Shown piece by piece: positions 9,395 to 20,266 of a stretch of 64,000 bases of DNA. How positions within the stretch are numbered: the stretch's first letter is position 1; every line of letters starts with the position of its first letter. The notes under the pieces were generated by a model, which saw nothing but the letters and a program-made list of their open reading frames with translations, had not been told where the DNA came from and ran no database searches. Origin of the DNA: an uncultured Alphaproteobacteria bacterium (GTDB lineage Bacteria; Pseudomonadota; Alphaproteobacteria; Rhizobiales; Beijerinckiaceae); assembly GCA_963782255.1 (NCBI GenBank), contig CAWAIS010000002.1, forward strand, positions 998,557 to 1,062,556, given 5' to 3'. Position numbers and translations under genes: made by a program.

Positions 9395-12334
9395 TCAGTT
9401 GCCGACGATCGATGCCCGAGCCCGCTGCCACCAGCCGCTGCGGCGCGGACGCGGCGACTCTTCACCGCTCGGCGCGGCGGACTCGTCGCCATGAGACTCT
9501 TCCCCATGAGGAGACGCGTCGCCAGGCTCGACCGCTGGCTGCTCGGCCGAGGCGGTATCGGTGGGCGCCGGCTCATCGGACCGAGCCGACTGCATCTCAT
9601 CGACCGCGCCCGAAGCAAGAGCAGACTCGCTGGAGGCTTCCGCTTGAAGCGCAGACTTGAGCTCCGACGATGGCGATGGGCGCTCCGGCGCGGCGTCTTC
9701 AGGCATAGGCCCGCGATCATCCGCTTCCGCCGCCTCGACCGCCTCTCTCTCGGTCGAGGGGCTTGCGCTGTCGAAACCTTCGGCCTCCGATCGCGGACGA
9801 TAGCGATTGCGTCCGCCGCGCGAACGGCGCGAGCGCCGGCCGCGGTCGCCCTCGGCGCGCGGTCCGCTTCGATCATGGAGATTGCCGTCCTGGACCGGCG
9901 TGGTCAGATCGCCGCCGATTTCCGCGACAACGGCCAGGCCGTCGTCCGTCGGTTGGGGCGCGTCGGGGCTTACGCTTTCGCCGAACGGACGCTCGGCGCC
10001 CCGCCTGCGCCGCCGCCTGCGCCGTCGGCGACCGCTCTCGCCTTCGTCGGGCAGACCCGGGCCCTCGGAAGCGCTTTCGCTCTCCCCGTCGTCAGTTGAG
10101 CCCTCCGGCTCGTTTTCCACCTCGCCCGCTTCCTCAGTCTCATCTTCGACCGCCATCGGCTCGTCGACAACCGTCACGAAATCGTCCTGCGCCAAAGGCG
10201 GAGGCTCGATTTCGCCCTTCACGCCGGTCGCCAGCTCGCCCCGCTCGATCGCGTGGTAGTTGGCCCCCGTCAGCGTGTCGTCCGCGTCGATCGTGACGAC
10301 GACGCCGAACCGGCGTTCGAGATCGCGGAGATTTGCGCGCTTCTGGTTGAGAATGTAGAGCGCGACAGGCGTGCGCGTGCGAACGACGACGTCGTGGGTC
10401 GCGCTCTTGATCAGCGCATCTTCGAGCACGCGCAAGACGTGGAGCGCAATCGACGAGGTCGAACGCACGACGCCAGCGCCCTGACAATGGGCGCACACGA
10501 CCGTGGAGCCTTCGAGGACGCCCGTGCGGATGCGCTGGCGCGACATCTCGAGCAATCCGAAATGCGAAATGCGGCCCACCTGAATGCGGGCGCGGTCGTT
10601 CTTTAGCGCGTCCTTGATGCGGCGCTCGACCGCGCGATTGTTGCGCGACTCCTCCATATCGATGAAGTCGACTACGATCAGGCCGGCGAGGTCGCGCAGG
10701 CGAAGCTGGCGTGCGATCTCATCGGCCGCCTCGAGATTGGTTCGAAGCGCAGTATCCTCGATGTTGTGCTCTCGAGTCGAGCGTCCCGAGTTGACGTCGA
10801 TGGCGACCAGCGCCTCCGTCTGGTTGATGACGATGTACCCGCCCGACTTCAGCGTCACCTGATTGGAGAACATCGCATCGAGCTGGGACTCGACGCCCGC
10901 CTTGGCGAACACCGGCTGCGTATCCCGGTAGAGCTGCACGGCGTTCACGTGACTGGGCATCAGGAGACGCATGAACTGCCGCGCTTCGCGAAACCCGGCT
11001 TCGCCCGCGACAATGATCTCCTCGACGTCTTTGTTGTAGAGGTCCCGGATCGCCCGTTTGATCAAGGACCCCTCTTCATAAACGAGCGTCGGCGCGCTCG
11101 AGGCCAGCGTGGTCTCGCGCACGGTCTCCCACATTCTCAAAAGATACTCGAAGTCGCGCTTGACTTCGGCCTTGGTGCGGGTCGCGCCGGCGGTGCGCAG
11201 GATCACTCCCATGCCTTCGGGAACGTCGAGTTCTTCAGCAATGCTCTTGAGGCGGCTGCGATCCTGCGCGTTGGTGATCTTGCGCGAAATGCCGCCGCCG
11301 CGCGCGGTGTTGGGCATCAACACGGAATAGCGACCGGCGAGCGACAGGTAGGTCGTCAGCGCGGCGCCCTTGTTGCCGCGTTCCTCCTTCACGACCTGGA
11401 CGAGGAGGACTTGGCGCCGCTTGATCACCTCCTGAATCTTGTATTGCCGCCGCGACCGATGGGGCCGGCGCGGCACCTCCTCCAAAGCGTCTCCGCCGAT
11501 CTGCTCGACCGGTTCGCCCTCGTATTCGACGGGCTGTCGCGGCGCCGGAGAAACGCGCTCTTCCGATCCGCCTTCGATCGTCGTCACCTCGTGGCCGTCG
11601 TCCGTATGGTCGCTGCTCCGCTCGAGACTTTCCGCGTCTTGGGGTTCATCGCCAGCGCGCGCGTCCCGATCGTCGCCAACGTGCGCATCAAGAGAATCTG
11701 CGGCTGCGGCCGCGCCGTGCTCGTGCAAGTCTGGAGCGTACGGCTCGGTCGGCGGCACGCCTCCAGGCGCGGCCGTCTCCTCGAATTGAGGGGGTAAGGC
11801 GTTCGCCTCGGCCCGGGCCTCGCCGTCCGAATCCGACTCGGGCGCAAAGTCGGATGGCTCCGCGGCGTCCGTCCCGTCCTCCGGTGGAGGGACATGGGGC
11901 GACGATTCCGTTTCGCGTTCGTCGGGCGGGGCGACCTCAGAGACGGCCTCGCCTTCGGTGACGCTCGCTTCGGCGGCGTATTCGCGGGGGCGACGATGCC
12001 GGCGGCTGCGGCGCTCGTTGTTTGGTTCGTCGTCCTCGTCGCGCTGCGAAAGAGCCTCCTCCTCGAGCAGCGCCTGCCGATCGGCGATAGGGATTTGATA
12101 GTAATCGGGATGGATTTCGGAGAACGCCAGGAAGCCGTGGCGATTGCCGCCGTAATCGACAAACGCCGCCTGAAGCGACGGCTCCACGCGGGTCACCTTG
12201 GCAAGGTAGATGTTGCCCCGGAGGGGGCGCTTGCTTGCCGATTCGAAGTCGAACTCCTCGACGCGGTTACCTCTGAGAACCACCACCCGGGTTTCTTCCG
12301 GGTGCGAGGCGTCGATGATCATTTTGTTTGCCAT
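9395..12334 (-). CDS. rne: Ribonuclease E
   Basis: ATG at 12334 (MANKMIIDASHPEETRVVVLRGNRVEEFDFES). S1 and catalytic domains (GLIVVDFIDM), an acidic insertion and an Arg-rich C-terminal scaffold. Confidence 0.95.
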   Translation of the reverse strand: MANKMIIDASHPEETRVVVLRGNRVEEFDFESASKRPLRGNIYLAKVTRVEPSLQAAFVDYGGNRHGFLAFSEIHPDYYQIPIADRQALLEEEALSQRDEDDEPNNERRSRRHRRPREYAAEASVTEGEAVSEVAPPDERETESSPHVPPPEDGTDAAEPSDFAPESDSDGEARAEANALPPQFEETAAPGGVPPTEPYAPDLHEHGAAAAADSLDAHVGDDRDARAGDEPQDAESLERSSDHTDDGHEVTTIEGGSEERVSPAPRQPVEYEGEPVEQIGGDALEEVPRRPHRSRRQYKIQEVIKRRQVLLVQVVKEERGNKGAALTTYLSLAGRYSVLMPNTARGGGISRKITNAQDRSRLKSIAEELDVPEGMGVILRTAGATRTKAEVKRDFEYLLRMWETVRETTLASSAPTLVYEEGSLIKRAIRDLYNKDVEEIIVAGEAGFREARQFMRLLMPSHVNAVQLYRDTQPVFAKAGVESQLDAMFSNQVTLKSGGYIVINQTEALVAIDVNSGRSTREHNIEDTALRTNLEAADEIARQLRLRDLAGLIVVDFIDMEESRNNRAVERRIKDALKNDRARIQVGRISHFGLLEMSRQRIRTGVLEGSTVVCAHCQGAGVVRSTSSIALHVLRVLEDALIKSATHDVVVRTRTPVALYILNQKRANLRDLERRFGVVVTIDADDTLTGANYHAIERGELATGVKGEIEPPPLAQDDFVTVVDEPMAVEDETEEAGEVENEPEGSTDDGESESASEGPGLPDEGESGRRRRRRRRRRGAERPFGESVSPDAPQPTDDGLAVVAEIGGDLTTPVQDGNLHDRSGPRAEGDRGRRSRRSRGGRNRYRPRSEAEGFDSASPSTEREAVEAAEADDRGPMPEDAAPERPSPSSELKSALQAEASSESALASGAVDEMQSARSDEPAPTDTASAEQPAVEPGDASPHGEESHGDESAAPSGEESPRPRRSGWWQRARASIVGN

Positions 12335-13088
12335 GAAGAACTCTCTTCGCGCGCGCCGACAGTTTCGCAATGGGCCCGGAGGGCCGCCGCGAACTGCAAG
12401 CGCCGGCTGTGTTGTGCATGAAAGGGGAATTGTTGTGATGGGAACTGGGACGAGAAGGAGGGGTCGATGACGCCCCGATAAGCCGCTGCCGGACGCCACG
12501 ACTGCAAACCGTTCCCGCGGCGCTCATTGCAGTCTGGAAACGGAAAGTGGGCGGTCGAGGCATCGTTTACCAAAACCAAGGCGCAGCTCAGCTCGTCGCC
12601 AATCGAGCGGCGCAGTCTGCGCCAATCGTCACGATCAGGACCCACCGCCGATGGTCGTCCGGCGATGGCTGCTTGGGTTCAGTGCAAAATCCCCGAAGGG
12701 CCGGAAGCCCGCTCTCGGGGAAGGCGACTGAGCCTACCGGCCCGCCGCGACTTTGTCCGCCTGGAGCAACAAGCTCTCATCCCTCGGCCCAGCGTTGGAC
12801 CGCTCTCATCACGAGCGAGCCGGGCTTCCAGATTCGGTCCAAATTCGTAACGCGCCCTAAATAGGCGCCGTCCCGCCCCTTGGCAAGCTTTTTGATGACT
12901 TGAGATTGCCGGACAAGCCCGCGGAGGCTTTCCGACCCGTCGCGCAAGGGGTAGTTTACCTTTCGTCAACCTTTCGCGGGGTTCATCTTGGTCATGACGT
13001 CGCCCGCCGCCAGAACCGCGGCTGTCAGACGGCGCCGAACAGTTCCACGACGCCGAGCTTTCCCGTAGAGGGCTTGCGGAGGGGCCGA

Positions 13089-14357
13089 ATGACGATGATG
13101 GCGCGAACTCGACGACTGCCCGCTGCCATGGCGTGGGCGCTCGTCCTTTGCTGCCCGGCGGCGCTAGCCGAGGAGGGCTCGCCGCCCCCGGTCGTGGTCG
13201 GCGCGCGGCTGTCGCAAGACGCTGACGGCGCCCAACTGGTGTTCGACGTCTCTCAGTCTGTCGACGCGCACGCCTACGCGCTTTCCGCGCCGGACCGAAT
13301 TGTCGTGGATTTGCCCGAGGTTGCCTTTCGGCTTGACCCGTCCGTTGGCCAGAATGTGACGAAGGACGCTTCGTTCGTCAGGGATTTTCGCTTTGGTCTC
13401 CTGGCGCCGGGACGATCCCGGATCGTCATCGATCTTGCGCGTCCGGCCTGCCCAAGCCCCGTCGCGTCGCAGCCGGTCGCCCAGGGGGCGCCAGCCGCCC
13501 GTTTGAAGATCGAGCTCAAACCCTGCGACGGCACGGCCTTCGCCGCAATTGCCGGATCGCCGCCGACCGCGGGCTTCGGCTCAGACGCCGCACAGCAGGC
13601 TCTGCCTCCGGTCGTCGTCATCGATCCGGGTCACGGAGGCGTCGACGGCGGCGCCCACGGGGTCGGGGGTGTTGTCGAAAAGACACTGGTCTGGGAGTTT
13701 TGCACGCAGCTCAAGCGTCAGCTCGAGGCGACCGGACGATATCGAATCGTGATGACGCGCAACGGCGACCAATATGTCGATCTCGAAGACCGGGTTGCAA
13801 TCGCGCGAGACGCGAACGCGTCCTTGTTGATCTCCGTCCATGCGGACACGTTGAGCGAGGCCGCGGAAGTGAACGGTTCGACCGTCTACACCGCGGCCGA
13901 TCGCGCGTCGGACGCCGAAGCGGCGCGGATCGCGGCGCGCGAGAACGCCGCCGATGGAGGGGCGGGCAAAGCAAAGGAGGGACAGGCCGATCCCGGCGTC
14001 GCGGACATCCTGTTCGACCTGCGCAGGCGCGAAACCCGCGCCTACGCCCATATCTTCTCGCGCGGATTGGTCGAGAAACTGGCCGGCGCCACCAGGCTCA
14101 ATCACAACCCCGAGCGATCCGCGGGCTTCGTTGTCCTCAAGGCTCCGGAATTTCCATCCGTTCTCGTCGAACTCGGCTATCTTTCGAATCCGCAGGACGT
14201 CCAGGAGTTGACGTCGCCGGACTGGCGGAAGAAAACCGCGACGGCGATGGTGAAGGCGATCGAGTCATTCTTCGCCGCTTCGGACCGCTCGGTCGATTTG
14301 ACGGCCAACGACCCGAGTTCGATCGACGTCCATCAGGCGAGTTCGCCAAGTCATTAG
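13089..14357 (+). CDS. amiC: N-acetylmuramoyl-L-alanine amidase with AMIN domain
   Basis: ATG at 13089 with a signal peptide. AMIN-like PDRIVVDLPEVAF and the Amidase_3 core VVVIDPGHGGVDGG...LLISVHAD. Confidence 0.88.
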   Translation: MTMMARTRRLPAAMAWALVLCCPAALAEEGSPPPVVVGARLSQDADGAQLVFDVSQSVDAHAYALSAPDRIVVDLPEVAFRLDPSVGQNVTKDASFVRDFRFGLLAPGRSRIVIDLARPACPSPVASQPVAQGAPAARLKIELKPCDGTAFAAIAGSPPTAGFGSDAAQQALPPVVVIDPGHGGVDGGAHGVGGVVEKTLVWEFCTQLKRQLEATGRYRIVMTRNGDQYVDLEDRVAIARDANASLLISVHADTLSEAAEVNGSTVYTAADRASDAEAARIAARENAADGGAGKAKEGQADPGVADILFDLRRRETRAYAHIFSRGLVEKLAGATRLNHNPERSAGFVVLKAPEFPSVLVELGYLSNPQDVQELTSPDWRKKTATAMVKAIESFFAASDRSVDLTANDPSSIDVHQASSPSH

Positions 14358-14653
14358 CGTCCCGAGTTGCGCGGCGCCGTCGATTCACGCTAGGGCGACA
14401 GCCGCTCGAAAACGCCGCTTTTGGGCAAATGTGACTCTGCCGCCATACCGGCCACCATAAATTCGCCTCACTCTGGAACAAAAGGGCGTGCCGGGTTGTG
14501 GCCGCCCGGCTCCCTTCCGGCCGCGAGGCAAGAGAGACGTCCCGGCGCTCGATCGCTTTCGAGCATTCGCTGGAGTTAAGGGTCGCTGCGCTTGGGGTCG
14601 GCTCGCCGTCCAAGCGCTCGTGACTTTGTGCAGGGGAAGGCTTAGATCGAACG

Positions 14654-17071
14654 ATGCGCGGACTCGCCCGATTATTGGGATTCATTTTCGCTACCGGCGC
14701 GATGATCTTTGTCGTCGCCGCCGCGATCGTCGGCGCGGTCGTGTGGAAGTACGAACGCGACCTGCCCGACTTCACCCAGCTCAACAATTATGAACCGCCG
14801 GTCATGACGCGGGTCCACGCCGCGGACGGAAGCCTGCTCGCGGAATACTCGCGCGAGCGAAGGCTTTACCTGCCGTCGAGCGCGATTCCCGACCTCGTGA
14901 AAGAGGCTTTCATTTCGGCCGAAGACAAGAATTTTTACAGCCATTGGGGCATTGACCCCGAAGGCATCATTCGGGCCGGCATCGTCTTCCTTCAGGGTTC
15001 GCGCCACGTGCAGGGCGCGTCGACCATCACTCAGCAGGTGGCGAAAAACTTTCTCTTGAATTCCGATCGCACGTTCGACCGCAAGATCCGCGAGATACTT
15101 TTGAGCCTGCGGATCGAGTCGGCGTATTCCAAGGAGAAGATCCTCGAGCTCTATCTCAACGAGATCTATCTCGGCCTGTCGAATTACGGCGTGGCGGCTG
15201 CGGCGCTGAATTATTTCAACAAATCGGTGCACGAACTGACCATCGCGGAGGCCGCCTATCTGGCGGCGCTGCCGAAGGAGCCGAGCGCGCTCAACCCGTT
15301 CCGCGATCATGACCGCGCCGTCGAGCGTCGCAATTATGTGATCGGACGCATGGCCGAGGACGGCTACATCACGGCCGACCAGGCGCGGCAGGCGCGGGCC
15401 GAGCCGCTTGTCGTCAATCCTCGCGTGCTGACCCCCAATTCGATCGCGGCCGGGTTCTTCGCCGAGGAAGTGCGGCGCGAATTGTCGGAGCGTTACGGCG
15501 AGACGAAGCTGTACGAAGGCGGCCTCTCGGTCCGAACGACCCTGGACCCGAAGATCCAGTTGATGGCCCGCAAGGCCCTGGTAGATGGGCTGGTGCGCTA
15601 CGATGAGGCGCACGGCTGGCACGGCGTATTGAAGTCGATCGAGCTGGGGCAGGACTGGGGCATGCCGCTCGCGGACATTCCCGCTTATGGCGACATCAAG
15701 CCATGGCGGCTTGCAGTTGCGCTCGACGTTTCCAACACCGCGATCCGCATCGGCCTGCAGCCGGATCACGACAAATCCGGCGCGGTCGTTCAGGATCGCG
15801 AGACGGGCGCCATCACGGCCGACGGTTTCCGCTGGACCGGCCGCGCGCCCAGAAGCCTGGTCAAGCCGGGCGACATCTTTTACGTCGAGCCGATTGCCGG
15901 CCGCGCAGACGAATACCGGCTGCGACAAATTCCGGCCGTGAGCGGCGCCTGCGTGGCCATGGATCCATTCACAGGCCGGGTTCTGGCGATGGTCGGCGGC
16001 TTTTCGTTCGACGAATCCGAGTTCAACCGCGCGACGCAGGCGCAGCGCCAGCCGGGCTCCTCGTTCAAGCCCTTCGTCTATTCCGCGGCGATCGACAACG
16101 GCTACACGCCCTCCTCGATCGTCCTCGACGAGCCGATCACGATCGACCAGGGCAACGGCGAGATGTGGAGCCCGGCCAATTTCGAGGGCAAGTCCAGCGG
16201 CCCGCACACCCTGCGCTTCGGCGTCGAGCACTCGATCAACCAGATGACGGTGCGCCTCGCGCGCGACATCGGCATGCCGCTGGTGGTCGAATACGCCAAG
16301 CGCTTCGGGATTTACGATAATCTCCCGCCGTTCCTGTCGATGGCGATCGGCGCCGGCGAGACGACAGTGCTCAGGATGGTGACCGGCTATTCGATGTTCG
16401 CCAACGGCGGCAAACGGATCAAGGCGACGCTGATCGATCGCATCCAGGACCGCTGGGGCAACACGATCTACAGGCATGACGAGCGCATCTGCGAGGGCTG
16501 CGACGCTCCCAAGTGGGACAACCAGCCGGAGCCGACCTTGATCGACAAGCGCGAGCAGGTGATCGACCCGCTCACCGCCTATCAGATCACCTCGATCATG
16601 CAGGGCGTGATCCAGCGCGGCACCGGCATCGCGATCAAGGAAGTCGGCAAGACGCTCGCCGGCAAGACCGGCACCACGAACGACGCGAAGGATCTCTGGT
16701 TCGTCGGCTTTTCGCCGAACCTCGCCTTCGGCGTGTTCATGGGCTATGACAAGCCGCGCTCGCTCGGCGACAGCGCCCAGGCTGCCCTCTACACCGCGCC
16801 GATCTTCCGCGACTTCATGAAGATGGCGCTCAAGGACGCGCCCGACACGCCGTTCCGCATCCCGCCGGGCATCAAGCTCATTTCGGTCGACTATCACTCC
16901 GGCATGCGGTCGACCGGGCAAGGCTCGATCATCGAGGCGTTCAAGCCCGGCACCGGGCCGCCCGACACCTATGCCGGCGGAGGCGGAGGCGAAGGCGAAG
17001 GCGGCGAGTCGGCTTCCGTCGATTCGGGCGGCGACCGGTCGGTCGGCTCCGGCACCGGCGGCCTTTACTGA
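14654..17071 (+). CDS. mrcA: Penicillin-binding protein 1A (bifunctional transglycosylase/transpeptidase)
   Basis: Glycosyltransferase motifs EDKNFYSHWGIDP and GASTITQQ. Transpeptidase motifs GSSFKP and KTGTTND. Confidence 0.95.
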   Translation: MRGLARLLGFIFATGAMIFVVAAAIVGAVVWKYERDLPDFTQLNNYEPPVMTRVHAADGSLLAEYSRERRLYLPSSAIPDLVKEAFISAEDKNFYSHWGIDPEGIIRAGIVFLQGSRHVQGASTITQQVAKNFLLNSDRTFDRKIREILLSLRIESAYSKEKILELYLNEIYLGLSNYGVAAAALNYFNKSVHELTIAEAAYLAALPKEPSALNPFRDHDRAVERRNYVIGRMAEDGYITADQARQARAEPLVVNPRVLTPNSIAAGFFAEEVRRELSERYGETKLYEGGLSVRTTLDPKIQLMARKALVDGLVRYDEAHGWHGVLKSIELGQDWGMPLADIPAYGDIKPWRLAVALDVSNTAIRIGLQPDHDKSGAVVQDRETGAITADGFRWTGRAPRSLVKPGDIFYVEPIAGRADEYRLRQIPAVSGACVAMDPFTGRVLAMVGGFSFDESEFNRATQAQRQPGSSFKPFVYSAAIDNGYTPSSIVLDEPITIDQGNGEMWSPANFEGKSSGPHTLRFGVEHSINQMTVRLARDIGMPLVVEYAKRFGIYDNLPPFLSMAIGAGETTVLRMVTGYSMFANGGKRIKATLIDRIQDRWGNTIYRHDERICEGCDAPKWDNQPEPTLIDKREQVIDPLTAYQITSIMQGVIQRGTGIAIKEVGKTLAGKTGTTNDAKDLWFVGFSPNLAFGVFMGYDKPRSLGDSAQAALYTAPIFRDFMKMALKDAPDTPFRIPPGIKLISVDYHSGMRSTGQGSIIEAFKPGTGPPDTYAGGGGGEGEGGESASVDSGGDRSVGSGTGGLY

Positions 17072-17195
17072 AGCCGCGACGAAGCGCCTCCGAACGAAGA
17101 GGTTTGCGCTTAACGCTCGGAGCGGCTATGGGGCCTGCTTCTCTTCACGAGACGAGCCCTCGTCGACGAAAAATCTGGATCTGGTCTTATTCCCC

Positions 17196-18324
17196 ATGCG
17201 CGCTGAAGCCGAACAGTTGGTCGAAACGATCAAGCAGTCCATGGGACTGCTGAGGAGGCATCTTTGACGTCGACGCGTCGACGCGGCGTCTAGCCGAGCT
17301 CAACGCGAAGTCCGAGGACCCGAGCCTCTGGAACGACCCCGACGCCGCGCAAAAGATCATGCGCGAGCGCACCATGCTGGAGGACCGGCTCGGATCCTTG
17401 GCCAAGATCGAACGCGAGCTCGACGACGCGACGACGCTCATCGAGCTCGGCGAGGCCGAAGGAGACGCAGCGACCGAGGGGGAAGGCCTCGCGTCGCTGA
17501 AGGCGCTGAAGGCGGAGGGCGAGCGGCGCCAGCTCGAGGCGTTGCTGTCGGGCGAGGCCGACGCCAACGACACCTATCTCGAAGTCCATTCCGGCGCGGG
17601 CGGCACCGAGAGCTGCGACTGGGCGCGCATGCTCTTGCGCATGTACGTGCGCTGGGCGGAACGGCGCAAGTTCGACGTCGAGGTGATCGAAGAGACGGAC
17701 GGCGACGAAGCCGGCGTCAAGTCGGCCACCATCGTGGTCAAGGGCATGAACGCCCACGGCTGGCTGAAGACCGAGTCCGGCGTGCATCGCTTGGTGCGAA
17801 TCTCGCCGTTCGACTCCAACGCGCGCCGCCACACGAGCTTCGCCTCGGTGTGGGTCTATCCAGTCGTCGACGACCGCATCCAGATCGACGTCAGCGAGAG
17901 CGACTGCCGCATCGACACATACCGCGCCTCGGGGGCCGGCGGGCAGCACGTCAACAAGACCGAATCGGCGGTGCGCATCACCCACATTCCAACCGGAATC
18001 GTCGTCGCCTGCCAGTCGGAGCGCTCGCAGCACAAGAACCGCGCGACGGCCTGGAACATGCTCCGGGCGAGGCTCTACGAGCGGGAGCTCGAGATGCGCG
18101 AGGCCAAGGCGACCGCGGACGCTGCCTCCAAGACCGAGATCGGCTGGGGCCACCAGATCCGCTCCTACGTGCTCCAGCCCTATCAGATGGTGAAGGACCT
18201 GCGCACCGGCCATGTCTCGGGCACGCCCGACGACGTGCTCGACGGCGATCTCGACCCCTTCATGGAAGCCTCGCTCGCCCAGCGCCTGTCGGGCCGAACG
18301 GTTGTCGTCGAGGACGTGGAGTAG
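17196..18324 (+). CDS. prfB: Peptide chain release factor 2, requires a programmed +1 frameshift
   Basis: ORF0 (MRAEAEQLVETIKQSMGLLRRHL) ends at an in-frame TGA (17265-17267). The +1 frame continues DVDASTRRLAELNAKSEDPSLWNDP. The protein carries SPF (RISPFDS) and GGQ (SGAGGQHVNK) motifs. Confidence 0.95.
17253..17268 (+). promoter_or_regulatory. prfB +1 frameshift site
   Basis: AGGAGG (17253-17258), then cat CTT TGA C. This is an internal SD-like element with the CTT slippery codon and a weak TGA-C stop, the classical arrangement. Confidence 0.9.
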
Positions 18325-18559
18325 GCGAAAGCCGGGCCAAGCGCCCGCGCCGACCAGCAAATTTTCATATCCGGAGGGGCGACCAAGCTTCGCACCCATA
18401 CGCCCATGCTGCGGCGATGGGCCTGCCCGCCATTTAGGCCGCCGCCGAAGGCCTCCGGTAACACCTGACCCAGCGCTTGCGAAATAGTCGGGACTGGCCG
18501 GTCTGACATCCGCTCAGGCGGCCTCGCGTCACGCCAGCGTCACACAAGCGGCGTGCAAC

Positions 18560-20227
18560 ATGACAGAGGGATGGCGGAAAAAGGGAAGGCTCGCCTTGCA
18601 GGCGCTCACGCTCGCATTCACGCCGCGGTTCATCGTCCTGACCCTCGCGGTCCTCATGACGCTCGTCTTCCTCGTCCTGATCGCGAGCGGCGAGGCGCCG
18701 CGCCTGAACGGGCTCTTCGCCGTCGGGGCGGTCCTGTTCGGCGCGCTGACGGCTCTCGGCGTGCGCGACCTCAACCAGACCCGCCACGCGGTCCTGCGCA
18801 ACTATCCGATTTCCGCGCATCTGCGCTTCATCCTCGAGCATATCCGCCCCGAGATGCGGCAGTATTTCTTCGAGAGCGAGACGGACGGGCTGCCCTTCTC
18901 GCGCACCCAGCGCGCGATCGTCTATCAGCGCGCCAAAATGGCCTTGGACAAGCGCCCGTTCGGCACGGTGCGCGACACCAACGTGCCGGGCTACGAATGG
19001 CTGCGCCATTCGATCGCGCCAAAGCCGGTCGCGACGCAGGGCTTCCGCATCATGATCGGCGGGCCGGACTGCGCCAAACCCTATTCGATGTCGGTCTTCA
19101 ACATTTCGGCGATGAGCTTCGGCGCGCTCTCGGCCAACGCGATCCGCGCGCTCAACAAGGGCGCGGCGCTCGGCCGGTTCGCGCACGACACGGGCGAGGG
19201 CGGATACAGCCCCTATCACCGCGCGGGCGGCGGCGACATCATCTGGGAGGTCGGCTCGGGCTATTTCGGCTGCCGCATGGCCGACGGCCGTTTCGATCCA
19301 GAAAAATTCAGGGCGGCCGCGGCCAACGCGCAGATCAAGATGATCGAGATCAAGCTCAGCCAGGGCGCGAAGCCTGGCCACGGCGGCGTCTTGCCGGGGG
19401 CGAAGGTGTCGGCTGAGATCGCGGCGATCCGGGGCGTCGATCAGGGCAAAGACTGCGTCTCGCCGTCGAGCCACAGCGCGTTCGCCACGCCGAAGGAGAT
19501 GATGGCATTCATCGCCAAGTTGCGCGCGCTTTCGGGCGGCAAGCCGGTCGGCTTCAAGCTCTGCGTCGGGCACCCGTGGGAATTTTTGGGCCTCTGCAAG
19601 GCGATGGTCGAGACCGGCCTCTATCCCGATTTCATCGTCGTCGACGGCATGGAGGGCGGCACCGGCGCGGCGCCGCTCGAATTCGCCGACCATCTCGGCA
19701 TGCCGATGCGCGAGGGCCTCGTCTTCGTCCGCAACGCGCTGATCGGCATCGACGCGCGCGATCGCATCCGCATCGGGTGCTCGGGAAAAATCATCAACGG
19801 CTTCGACATGGCGCGAGCGATGGCGCTTGGCGCCGACTGGTGCAATGCGGGGCGCGGCTTCATGTTTTCGCTTGGCTGCATCCAGTCGATGAGCTGCCAT
19901 ACCGATCGCTGCCCGACCGGCGTCACGACGCAGGACCCAACGCGGGCCCGCGCGCTCGTGGTCGAGGACAAGACGGAGCGCGTGCGCAATTATCACGCCT
20001 CGATGGTGCGCGCCCTCGCCGAACTGATCGCGGCCGCCGGTCTCGACTACCCGCACGAGCTCAAGCCCGAACATTTCTCGCGCAGGGTCAATGCGCACGA
20101 GTCGATGACCTTCGCCGAGCTCTATCCGGCGCTGAAGCGGGGCGAGCTCATCACCGGCTCGCACGACGAACGCTGGCGCAAGATGTGGGAGGCGGCGCGG
20201 GCGGATTCGTTCGCGCCGGCGGCTTGA
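18560..20227 (+). CDS. FMN-binding glutamate synthase family protein (GltB domain-2-like, membrane anchored)
   Basis: 555 aa with N-terminal transmembrane helices. IEIKLSQGAKPGHGGVLPG and DGMEGGTGAAP are characteristic of the family. Confidence 0.85.
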   Translation: MTEGWRKKGRLALQALTLAFTPRFIVLTLAVLMTLVFLVLIASGEAPRLNGLFAVGAVLFGALTALGVRDLNQTRHAVLRNYPISAHLRFILEHIRPEMRQYFFESETDGLPFSRTQRAIVYQRAKMALDKRPFGTVRDTNVPGYEWLRHSIAPKPVATQGFRIMIGGPDCAKPYSMSVFNISAMSFGALSANAIRALNKGAALGRFAHDTGEGGYSPYHRAGGGDIIWEVGSGYFGCRMADGRFDPEKFRAAAANAQIKMIEIKLSQGAKPGHGGVLPGAKVSAEIAAIRGVDQGKDCVSPSSHSAFATPKEMMAFIAKLRALSGGKPVGFKLCVGHPWEFLGLCKAMVETGLYPDFIVVDGMEGGTGAAPLEFADHLGMPMREGLVFVRNALIGIDARDRIRIGCSGKIINGFDMARAMALGADWCNAGRGFMFSLGCIQSMSCHTDRCPTGVTTQDPTRARALVVEDKTERVRNYHASMVRALAELIAAAGLDYPHELKPEHFSRRVNAHESMTFAELYPALKRGELITGSHDERWRKMWEAARADSFAPAA

Positions 20228-20266
20228 GCGGAGCCTCACGCATGGGCCCGAACATCGGCGCGAGGC

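Noticed and set aside
14672-16921. 749-aa ORF antisense to mrcA. Similar long antisense ORFs are 28874..31570 (898 aa), 18434..20239 (601 aa), 46787..48058, 49828..51258, 55908..57203 and 8744..10099.
   Set aside because: They are Arg/Ala/Gly/Pro-rich with no recognisable motifs, and each lies entirely opposite a well-supported gene. Stop-poor antisense frames like these are expected in high-GC DNA.
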